From assembly GCA_051277175.1 (NCBI GenBank), contig JBNMOF010000001.1:1-43783 (forward strand): a DNA stretch of 43,783 nucleotides, in the 5' to 3' direction. The stretch is from Polaribacter sp. (GTDB lineage Bacteria > Bacteroidota > Bacteroidia > Flavobacteriales > Flavobacteriaceae). A program made the position numbers and the translations under genes. The notes under the pieces are model-generated. The model saw only the letters and a list, made by a program, of their open reading frames with translations. It did not search any database and was not told the DNA's origin. Each line of letters opens with the position of its first letter. The first letter of the stretch is position 1. Below, in pieces: positions 9,141 to 17,917 of the stretch.

Positions 9141-11567
9141 ATGAAACAAAATTTACTTTTAGTTCTATTATTAACTTTCGGCGTCTTAAGTGCTCAGGAA
9201 GTTACACACGTCGATTTCGATGCTAACAATCCAAATATTGTTTTTAATAGTTGGAACACTTCTTCAACTTTTTCTAAAGTACCTAATCCGGTTTCTGACG
9301 CTACAAACTCCTCTGCTTTTGTTGGTCAGTTTACTGCTGGTAATGACAACAATGTTGGAATTGGTGTAATAGATCCAACAAATGTTTTTACCTCACCTTT
9401 CAATTTAGAATCAAATTCTATTTTTAAAATAAAAGTTTTTTCTACTGAAGAGATAGATGTTATTTTTCATTTAGAAAATTCTCCAGATTATGGAAATAAT
9501 ATTGAAGTAACTGCCTCTGTAGGAGCCTCTGATACTAATAAATGGACAGAGTTAAGTTTTGATTTTAGTAATTTTTCTAACATTTTCATGAACAACATAG
9601 TGCTTAAAATTGGTGGTTTAAATACCACTGTAGGAGATTTCTATTTCTTTGATGATATTAAAGGACCAGAATTATATACTTCCCCTGCTCAACAATATTC
9701 TCCCGCTAATGGTGATACAGATTCCACCATATCCACAAATTTAGAAATTGCCACAAATGGAAAATTTAGAAATTTAGATGATTCAGAAATCACAGACTTA
9801 ACTTCTAAGGTTGCTTTAAAGGTTGGGGATGCAAATGGTACAGATGTTCCATTTTTAGCTACAATTAATGGTGATAAAAACAAAATCACCATTGATCCAT
9901 CTTCTGATTTAGATAATTCTACAACGTATTGGTACGGTGTTGTAGACGGCGCTATGGAGTATTCAGATGATACTCCCGTTACTGGAGTCTATGCAAGTTT
10001 TACTTCAAAAGTAGCAGTGACTGGTGATATTAATGAAGTCCTTTTTGACTTTGATACGACCAATGAGAATATAGGCTTTGAATCTTGGGGTGGTGTTGGT
10101 TTTGCTAAAATTGAAAATCCTGATAAATCTGGAATCAATACTTCTGATAATGTTGGGCAATACACTCACAATGATAATGACGCGGGTTTAGAGAATTCAT
10201 TAGTAAACGGTGCCACTCCATTAGAACCATTTGATTTTTCTGAAACACCTTTCATAAAAGTAAAAGTATGGGTAAGTAAACCAGTAGGTGTTTCTATTAA
10301 ATTACAAAATTATCCAGATTATGGGCAAGGACATGAGCAGAAAATAGAAGTGACAGAAATTAATACATGGGTAGAAATCGTGTTTAATTATGGTGCAATT
10401 ACAGCGACTAACTATGATAGAGTACAAATTTATTTTGATAAAGATAAAGCTGGAGGGTCTGTGTTAGGAGATGTTTATTATTTTGACGAATATTTAAAGA
10501 GCAATATCGCGCCAGCGGTAGAAAACACCTTTAATCCTCTAAATGGAGCTACCGATGTTGCTCAATTTATAAACCCAACGATTTCTTCAAACTTTCAGTT
10601 TAGAAATATAGATGATTCTGCCATAACAGACATTTCTTCAGCAGTTGAATTAAGAGAAACGGATGCGTCAGGAACGCTGGTTTCCATGAATGCTTTTTTA
10701 AGTGAGAATAAATCTATTATTACAATTCGCCCTTCAACTCTACTTGAGGTAAATACTACATATTGGTATGGTATTAAAGACAACACAATAGAATATAAAG
10801 AAAGTGATAGTCCTGTTAATGGGGTTTCTTCAGTATTTGCGACAACTTCAACTGCTCTAAATATGGTGGTTTATAATGATTTTGAAGGCACCTCTCTAAC
10901 GTCAGTTTCTGAGACTATGGGAGATCCTGCTGGCGGTTATACAGCAGTGGCTGATCCTACAGGAGGAACTAATATGGTTCAAAAATGGGAAAAAGGAAAT
11001 TCTTATGGAGGTTGGGAAAGAATTCACTTCCAATTAAACACTGCCTTTGATGCAAGCAAAGATGATATCTTTTCTTTTAGAGTGTATTCTCCTGTGAAAA
11101 CGGGAATAAGATTTAAACTGGCAGATGCTAAAGAAGATGGTGATATTACAGCACAATTCGAAACAGATGAAGAAATTATATTAGAAAATCAATGGCAAAC
11201 TGTTTACTTAAATACTTCGGAACTTGCAGATGGTGTATCTCTTGACCATGTTTTTATTTTTCTTGGACGCGGAGATACTGCAGATACAACCTTTTATATA
11301 GATGATTTAAAAGGACCACAATTACAAGGTACGGCGTCTGTAAATGATTTTGACAAAACAAGCTTTCAATTTTTTCCAAATCCAGCCAAGGACATAATCC
11401 GTTTTAACAATTTAGATGGAATAAAAGAAATTAAAATTTTTGATATTAATTCTAAGCAAATTCTTAAAAAGACTATAGACACGAATGAGTTATCAATTCA
11501 AAATTTAAAATCTGGATTCTACTTTTTAGAAATTAACGGTCAGTATAAAAAGTTAATCAAAGAATAA
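9141..11567 (+). CDS. T9SS-secreted non-catalytic protein: 3 CBM-like modules alternating with 2 Ig-like (Big_5-type) domains, plus CTD
   Basis: Signal peptide; three modules ending FYFFDDIKGP / YYFDEYLK / FYIDDLKGP; two SP/NP-xNG...I-x-P...TTYWYG Ig-like repeats; CTD FFPNPAKD...SGFYFLEING..KKLIKE. Confidence 0.8.
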   Translation: MKQNLLLVLLLTFGVLSAQEVTHVDFDANNPNIVFNSWNTSSTFSKVPNPVSDATNSSAFVGQFTAGNDNNVGIGVIDPTNVFTSPFNLESNSIFKIKVFSTEEIDVIFHLENSPDYGNNIEVTASVGASDTNKWTELSFDFSNFSNIFMNNIVLKIGGLNTTVGDFYFFDDIKGPELYTSPAQQYSPANGDTDSTISTNLEIATNGKFRNLDDSEITDLTSKVALKVGDANGTDVPFLATINGDKNKITIDPSSDLDNSTTYWYGVVDGAMEYSDDTPVTGVYASFTSKVAVTGDINEVLFDFDTTNENIGFESWGGVGFAKIENPDKSGINTSDNVGQYTHNDNDAGLENSLVNGATPLEPFDFSETPFIKVKVWVSKPVGVSIKLQNYPDYGQGHEQKIEVTEINTWVEIVFNYGAITATNYDRVQIYFDKDKAGGSVLGDVYYFDEYLKSNIAPAVENTFNPLNGATDVAQFINPTISSNFQFRNIDDSAITDISSAVELRETDASGTLVSMNAFLSENKSIITIRPSTLLEVNTTYWYGIKDNTIEYKESDSPVNGVSSVFATTSTALNMVVYNDFEGTSLTSVSETMGDPAGGYTAVADPTGGTNMVQKWEKGNSYGGWERIHFQLNTAFDASKDDIFSFRVYSPVKTGIRFKLADAKEDGDITAQFETDEEIILENQWQTVYLNTSELADGVSLDHVFIFLGRGDTADTTFYIDDLKGPQLQGTASVNDFDKTSFQFFPNPAKDIIRFNNLDGIKEIKIFDINSKQILKKTIDTNELSIQNLKSGFYFLEINGQYKKLIKE

Positions 11568-11590
11568 ATAGAGGTGTTTAAATAAAATAG

Positions 11591-11622
11591 TAAAACAGGA
11601 GATTTATCTCCTGTTTTATTTT
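11591..11622 (+). terminator. Strong hairpin / terminator-like element immediately upstream of susC
   Basis: TAAAACAGGAGAT-TT-ATCTCCTGTTTTA perfect inverted repeat followed by TTTT. Confidence 0.7.
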
Positions 11623-11637
11623 CTTTAAAAAATAATC

Positions 11638-14600
11638 ATGAACAAATTAAGGGTATTATTTTTAAAATTATTACCAGTTGTATTCGTATTCATTACCAAT
11701 TTTTTATGCTCGCAAACAGTCCTTGTTTCCGGACAAGTGGTAGATGATATCGGTAATTTTCTTCCAGGGGTGTCTGTAGTAGTAAAAAGCACATCTAATG
11801 GAACGTCAACAGATTTTGATGGGAAATATGTTTTAAATATAAAAACATCAAACGCCACAATCATATTCTCATATTTAGGATACGCATCTCAAGAAATAAA
11901 GGTTGGAAATCAAAAAAAAATAAATGTAATTTTAAAAGAGAGTTTTGATCAATTAGACGAAATTCAGGTAGTTGCATTTTCAAAACAAAAAAAAAATAGT
12001 GTAATCGGTTCTATCACTACCTTAAAAGTATCAGAACTAAAACAACCTACTTCAAATATTACAAATACATTAGCAGGTCAAATTTCAGGATTAATTTCAT
12101 ACCAAAGATCCGGAGAACCAGGCGCAGACAACGCTGCTTTTTTTATTCGAGGTGTAACTACTTTTGGATTCAATAATAGTCCACTCATTTTATTAGATGG
12201 CTTGCAAATAACTACTTCTGATTTAGCACGTTTAGAACCAGATAACATTGCCTCTTTTTCTATTATGAAAGATGCAACCGCTACTTCATTGTACGGAGCA
12301 AGAGGAGCAAATGGAGTGGTATTGGTAACTACTAAAATAGGAAAAAAAGGAAAAGCAAAGGTGTCGGTGAGGTATGAAAGTTCGATGTCTAGTCCATCTA
12401 AAATAAATAGTTTTTTAGGAGCAGTAGATTATATGGAGTTGTACAATAGAGCGCAGCGCTCTCGTGATCAATCTGCCAACCTATTATATTCAAAGCAAAA
12501 AATAGAAGGAACTAGAAATGGTTTAAATCCGAATATATATCCAGATGTTGATTGGTATAGTGAACTCTTTAAAGATTTTGCAGTAAATAAAAGACTGAAT
12601 GTTAATATTAGTGGAGGTGGAGAGGTTGCACAATATTATTTATCTGTTACGAATGCAAACGAAACAGGATTGTTAAAAGTAGACCCTTTAAATAACTTTA
12701 ATAATAATATTGATATCAATAGATCTAACTTAAGAGCAAACATAAATATTAATTTGAGTAAAACCACAAAGGTAGCCGCTAAGTTTTATTCTTTATTTGA
12801 AAGGTATAATGGACCAGTAGTAGGAGCTTCAGATATTTTTTATCAAGTAGCACAGGCAAACCCTGCAAATTTTCCAAAGACTTATGATACAGATGATGCG
12901 ACTGCTAATTTTAATCATACGTTGTTTGGGAATAAAGGGAATGGTGGTTTTCCAAATCCATATGCGGAGAGTGTGCGCGGATTTAAAGACCGTTTTGCAA
13001 ATACTACTTTGGCACAATTTCAGATCAAACAAGATTTAAGTTTTATTACTGATGGTTTAAAATTAAGAGCTATGGCATCTGTAAGAACGTATACAGAAAA
13101 TCAGAATGAGCGAAGCTTTACGCCTTTTTATTACGGATCTAACGAAACACAAACGCCACAGGGAGTTGTAAATTCTTTATATCAAATACAGGAAGGTACA
13201 GAGTTTTTAAACGACCCAACTATAGGGAACAATGGGAATAGTAATTTTTATTATGAAGCAGTACTAGAATATAATAAAACATTAAAAGATAAACACGAAT
13301 TTGGTGGTTTACTCGTAAGTTATTTCCAAGAAGCTTTAAATACTATTGGTGGTGGTAATAGAGCCTTTTCTACATTACCATCAAGAAATATGGGAGTTTC
13401 TGGAAGGGCTTCTTATAATTATGGAAGTCGATATTTTGGTGAATTTAATTTTGGTTACAATGGGTCAGAAAAGTTTGCAGAAAAAAATAGATTTGGTTTT
13501 TTTCCATCTGTAGGCTTTGGTTGGATAATTTCTAACGAAGCTTATTTTGAAGAAAACATTCCATCGATTAATTTATTAAAATTAAAATATACGTATGGTT
13601 TGGTTGGTAATGACGGTATTTCAAGTGCGAGTGATCGTTTCTTTTATTTATCAGATGTAAACCTGAATAATGGTGGAACGGGCTATACTTTTGGAACCAA
13701 CTATAACAATTATTATAATGGTTATATTATTAATAGATATGCCAATGAAAACGTTACTTGGGAGGTTGCAACCAAAAAAAATATAGGTTTAGAACTTGGA
13801 CTTTTTAATAAAGTAAATATTATTGCAGACTATTTCACAGAGCAACGCAGAAATATCTATATGGAACGCCAATACATTCCAGAAACTTCGGGTTTAACCA
13901 CTTCTATTAGTAGTAATATTGGTGAAGTGAAAACACAAGGTATCGACTTATCTATAGATTACAACCATGCTTTTAGTGGTGATTTTTATATTACGGCAAG
14001 AGGTAATTTTACGTATTCAACGAATAAGATAGAAGTAAATGGTGAGCCAGAATTCCAAAATAAAAATCTAAGTAGGTTGGGGTACCCCGTAAATCAACAA
14101 TGGGGGTATATCGCCGAGCGTTTATTTGTAGATCAAGAAGATATTGATAATTCTCCAGAACAATTTAATGGATTTTCAACTACAAATTCATACTTACCAG
14201 GAGATATAAAGTATACAGATATCAATCAAGATGGATTTGTAAATGAGCTAGATCAAGCACCTATTGGGAATCCAACGGTTCCAGAGATTGTTTATGGTTT
14301 TGGGGTTTCTGCAGTGTATAAGAATTTCGATTTTTCTGTATTTATGCAGGGGTCTGCAAGGTCCTCCTTCTTCATAAATCCCAACGATATTTCGCCGTTT
14401 GTCAATGAAAGAAATGCACTGAGCATTATTGCAGACAACCATTGGTCAGAGAACAGTCCAAATCCGAATTCCTTTTGGCCACGTTTGTCCACCTACGAAA
14501 TAGAAAACAATCAAAAGCCATCTACTTGGTGGTTGCGAGAAGGCGACTTTTTAAGACTTAAAAGTGTTGAGTTTGGTTATACGATTCCCGGAAAAACAGG

Positions 14601-14757
14601 TGCAGTTTTTAAAAGGGCAAAAACAAGACTATATCTTACGGGTTTGAATTTGTTAAACTTTGCGAAGTTTAAATTATGGGATCCTGAAATGGCTGGTAAT
14701 GGACTTGGGTATCCACCGCAACGAGTGATTAATATTGGCGCTCAAGTAAATTTTTAA
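11638..14757 (+). CDS. susC: SusC-like TonB-dependent transporter
   Basis: N-terminal GVSVVVKS..GTSTDFDGKY; plug signature IMKDATATSLYGARGANGVVLVTTK; TWEVATKKNIGLE; FLRLKSVEFGY; C-terminal F. Confidence 0.97.
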   Translation: MNKLRVLFLKLLPVVFVFITNFLCSQTVLVSGQVVDDIGNFLPGVSVVVKSTSNGTSTDFDGKYVLNIKTSNATIIFSYLGYASQEIKVGNQKKINVILKESFDQLDEIQVVAFSKQKKNSVIGSITTLKVSELKQPTSNITNTLAGQISGLISYQRSGEPGADNAAFFIRGVTTFGFNNSPLILLDGLQITTSDLARLEPDNIASFSIMKDATATSLYGARGANGVVLVTTKIGKKGKAKVSVRYESSMSSPSKINSFLGAVDYMELYNRAQRSRDQSANLLYSKQKIEGTRNGLNPNIYPDVDWYSELFKDFAVNKRLNVNISGGGEVAQYYLSVTNANETGLLKVDPLNNFNNNIDINRSNLRANININLSKTTKVAAKFYSLFERYNGPVVGASDIFYQVAQANPANFPKTYDTDDATANFNHTLFGNKGNGGFPNPYAESVRGFKDRFANTTLAQFQIKQDLSFITDGLKLRAMASVRTYTENQNERSFTPFYYGSNETQTPQGVVNSLYQIQEGTEFLNDPTIGNNGNSNFYYEAVLEYNKTLKDKHEFGGLLVSYFQEALNTIGGGNRAFSTLPSRNMGVSGRASYNYGSRYFGEFNFGYNGSEKFAEKNRFGFFPSVGFGWIISNEAYFEENIPSINLLKLKYTYGLVGNDGISSASDRFFYLSDVNLNNGGTGYTFGTNYNNYYNGYIINRYANENVTWEVATKKNIGLELGLFNKVNIIADYFTEQRRNIYMERQYIPETSGLTTSISSNIGEVKTQGIDLSIDYNHAFSGDFYITARGNFTYSTNKIEVNGEPEFQNKNLSRLGYPVNQQWGYIAERLFVDQEDIDNSPEQFNGFSTTNSYLPGDIKYTDINQDGFVNELDQAPIGNPTVPEIVYGFGVSAVYKNFDFSVFMQGSARSSFFINPNDISPFVNERNALSIIADNHWSENSPNPNSFWPRLSTYEIENNQKPSTWWLREGDFLRLKSVEFGYTIPGKTGAVFKRAKTRLYLTGLNLLNFAKFKLWDPEMAGNGLGYPPQRVINIGAQVNF

Positions 14758-14767
14758 AAAATAAAAA

Positions 14768-16687
14768 ATGAATTTAAGAAACAAATATGTAGCAATTATT
14801 TTATGTGGTGTATCACTATTTATAAGTTGCGAGGATTATTTAGATATTGTGCCAGACGGAACACAGGAGTTAAGTTTACTTTTTAACAGAAAAGAGACTG
14901 CATACAATGCATTGGCAAATTGTTATAGTTATTTACCTCAAAATGATGGTACTTATGCGAGTTACGTATTGTTAAGTGATGAATTGGCAGTACCCATCCC
15001 TAAAGAACCAAATTCCATTAAATTAATGAAAGGGCAACAGAGTGTCTCTTCACCATTAATGGGTTATTGGTCTGGGTTTTCTGCGGTAGGCAGAGGACAA
15101 GGCTCTTTATGGGAGGGCATACGTAGCTGTAATACTTTGACTGAAAATATAGACTTGGTAGTTGATATGACGCAAGAGGAAAAAAATCAATGGAAAGCTG
15201 AGGTAAAATTTTTAAAAGCATATTTTCACTTTTTATTGGTAAGCAACTATGGTCCTATACCTATTGTAGATACAAATTTATCTATCTCTGCTTCTGATAC
15301 TGAAGTGAGGTTAGATCGCAAAACAGTGGACGCGTGTTTTAGTTATATTCTAGAAACAATAGACGCTGCTATTTTAGATTTACCAGAAAAAGTACTTGGA
15401 AATAATGATGTTGGTAGAATAGATAAAGTAATCGCTAAAGCGATAAAATCAAAGGTGCTTTTATATGGTGCAAGTCCGTTATTTAATGGAAATACATCTA
15501 TGTATTCGAATTTTGTAAATGTAGAAGGTGCGCATTTTTTCAATCAAAACTATGAAAGTTTGAAGTGGGAAGAAGCCGCTCAAGCTTCCAAAGATGCTTT
15601 AAATGCCGCAATTTCACAAGGGGCAACAATGTATTATTTTACAGATACAGCACCTCTTTTTGATACTAGTAATTTTCAATTTAAATTAGTGAGAGATCAG
15701 TATAATAATCGTTTTGCAATTACAGATCCTTGGAATTCAGAATTGTTATGGGGAAATTCTAGTCCGGTTACTAACGGACAATATTGGCAAATTCAGTCTC
15801 CTGCGATGATGAAAGACCCAAGTTCTTCATCTGTTGAAGCTTCATGGCAATGGCTAGCTCCAAGTCTTAGAATGGCGGAAACCTATTATACAAAAAATGG
15901 GTTGCCTATCAGTGAAGACTTATCTTTTGAGTATGCCGATAGATATAGCACAACAACTATTGCTTTTAACCAACGATTTTATGCACAATTTGCAAACAGA
16001 ACTGCAAAACTAAATTTAAATAGAGAGGCTCGTTTTTATTCAGCTTTGGGTTTCGATAGAGGTATTAATAGAACTTGGGGATCAATTTGGAATTTAAAAA
16101 TGAGAAAAGGAGAAGCCCACGGTAGAGTTGCAAATACTGGAGATTATTTGGTAACAGGTTATGCGCTTAAAAAGTTAGTACATCAAGACTCTGAAGGAGA
16201 TACTTATAATAAAGCAATAACCTATCCTTGGCCAATGGTGCGTTTAAGTGAGTTGTACTTAAACTATGCAGAAGCGTTAAACGAGTTTAGTGGGCCTTCT
16301 CAGGAAGTATATGACGCATTGAATAAGATCAGGGAACGTGCTGGAGTGCCATCAGTTCAAGATGCCTGGAGCAATGCAACTTTGGCAGCAACACCAAATA
16401 AACATACTAGTAAAGAAGGTTTAAGAGAAATTATTCAACAAGAAAGAATGATAGAGCTGGCTTTTGAAGGACACCGATATTATGATGTTAGAAGATGGAA
16501 GTTAGCAGAAAAATATTTTACGACACCTATTCAAGGTTGGTCTGTAGATGAAGATTCAGAAGCGAATTACTATCAAATTATGGAAGTAAGTCAACGCTCT
16601 TTTAACAGTCCGAGAGATTACCTCCAACCTATCAGTTTTACAGAACTCTCAAGAAATCCTAATTTAATTCAAAACCCAGGTTGGTAA
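14768..16687 (+). CDS. susD: SusD/RagB family glycan-binding lipoprotein
   Basis: Lipobox FISC-EDYLDIVP; AEVKFLKAYFHF..YGPIP; RLSELYLNYAEALNE; ERMIELAFEGHRYYDVRRW; QNPGW end. Confidence 0.97.
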   Translation: MNLRNKYVAIILCGVSLFISCEDYLDIVPDGTQELSLLFNRKETAYNALANCYSYLPQNDGTYASYVLLSDELAVPIPKEPNSIKLMKGQQSVSSPLMGYWSGFSAVGRGQGSLWEGIRSCNTLTENIDLVVDMTQEEKNQWKAEVKFLKAYFHFLLVSNYGPIPIVDTNLSISASDTEVRLDRKTVDACFSYILETIDAAILDLPEKVLGNNDVGRIDKVIAKAIKSKVLLYGASPLFNGNTSMYSNFVNVEGAHFFNQNYESLKWEEAAQASKDALNAAISQGATMYYFTDTAPLFDTSNFQFKLVRDQYNNRFAITDPWNSELLWGNSSPVTNGQYWQIQSPAMMKDPSSSSVEASWQWLAPSLRMAETYYTKNGLPISEDLSFEYADRYSTTTIAFNQRFYAQFANRTAKLNLNREARFYSALGFDRGINRTWGSIWNLKMRKGEAHGRVANTGDYLVTGYALKKLVHQDSEGDTYNKAITYPWPMVRLSELYLNYAEALNEFSGPSQEVYDALNKIRERAGVPSVQDAWSNATLAATPNKHTSKEGLREIIQQERMIELAFEGHRYYDVRRWKLAEKYFTTPIQGWSVDEDSEANYYQIMEVSQRSFNSPRDYLQPISFTELSRNPNLIQNPGW

Positions 16688-16698
16688 AAAATAGTATT

Positions 16699-17898
16699 AT
16701 GAAAAAACAAATTAATAAAGCACTGCTTTTTTCAATCTTTATGCTCGTAACAATTATTTCTTGCACCTCGGATGAAAACTTGGATACGAATCCCCCAGGG
16801 ATGGTTACGAACATAGAAGTAATACCTACCAATGGTGGAGGTATTATTAATTATACTTTACCTGCAGATGATGATATCTTGTACGTGAAAGCAGTGTATA
16901 TAAACTCACAAGGAGAAGAGGTGTTTAGGGTTTCTAGCAAGCATACAAGTACTATAGAAGTAAATGGTCTCAATCAAACATCCGCAGTAAAAGTGAAATT
17001 ATATGTTTTAGATGAAAGTGAAAATATTTCTGAATTTGTAGAGATAGCGTTTATTCCTTTAAAATCATTTATATTTTTAGTGCAAGAAAGTATACAAATT
17101 ACACCAGATTTAGGTGGGATTAAAATTACCTGGGATAATATCGCTGCAAAAACAGTTTTTGTTTATGTTCATATATTGGATGGGGCTAACGAAATAATTA
17201 GAATATTATCATCAAACAATGCCCAAGAATTTCAATTTATTAGGGGTTTAGAACCTAACGAAGTCACTATTTCTATAAAAGTAGAAGATTTTGATGGAAA
17301 CATTACAGAATTAGAAGATAAAGGTAGGTATACGCCATTATTTGAAGAAAAAATAGACAAATCTACCTGGTCGTTAGTAAGTGGACAATCCATCAACGGA
17401 AATGCTTATGAGGGAAGAACTGTTAATTTTTGGGATGACATTGTGGATACTGTGGAGACAGACGCTGACAATAGTTATTTTATTGCCACAAGAGATAATA
17501 ATGGGGGAAGCTTAAATTTTCCATTAGATATTGTAATCGACTTTAATAAAAATATAAAAATACAACGTTTTATAGTTTGGCAAAGAGCTTATTGGTATAA
17601 TGGTGGAGGGGTTACGTATCACTATCAAGAAGAAAATTTAAAGTCCTTTAACTTATATGCGAGCACAGACAATCAAACTTGGAATTTATTAGGAGAATTT
17701 GATATTGGTGACCCTAGAGATGGCGCCGGTAATATACCAGCTACTGCTTTTCAAGCGGCTATAGATGGGCACGAGTTTAGTTTAGACAACACTTCTGATG
17801 CTTTTCGATATCTTAAATTTCAGATGACTTCGAACTATGGGAGCACGCAAATAACGGTAGGTTCTGAAATTACCCTATTTGGTTTAGACAATTTATAA
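16699..17898 (+). CDS. Surface lipoprotein downstream of SusD (DUF4959/DUF5126/DUF5000-like, C-terminal discoidin-like domain)
   Basis: ATG 16699; lipobox IISC-TSDE; PGMVTNIEVIPTNGGGIINYTLPADDDILYVKAVY; C-terminal FRYLKFQMTSNYG...SEITLFG. Confidence 0.8.
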   Translation: MKKQINKALLFSIFMLVTIISCTSDENLDTNPPGMVTNIEVIPTNGGGIINYTLPADDDILYVKAVYINSQGEEVFRVSSKHTSTIEVNGLNQTSAVKVKLYVLDESENISEFVEIAFIPLKSFIFLVQESIQITPDLGGIKITWDNIAAKTVFVYVHILDGANEIIRILSSNNAQEFQFIRGLEPNEVTISIKVEDFDGNITELEDKGRYTPLFEEKIDKSTWSLVSGQSINGNAYEGRTVNFWDDIVDTVETDADNSYFIATRDNNGGSLNFPLDIVIDFNKNIKIQRFIVWQRAYWYNGGGVTYHYQEENLKSFNLYASTDNQTWNLLGEFDIGDPRDGAGNIPATAFQAAIDGHEFSLDNTSDAFRYLKFQMTSNYGSTQITVGSEITLFGLDNL

Positions 17899-17917
17899 AT
17901 AAGAATTGAATAATTTT

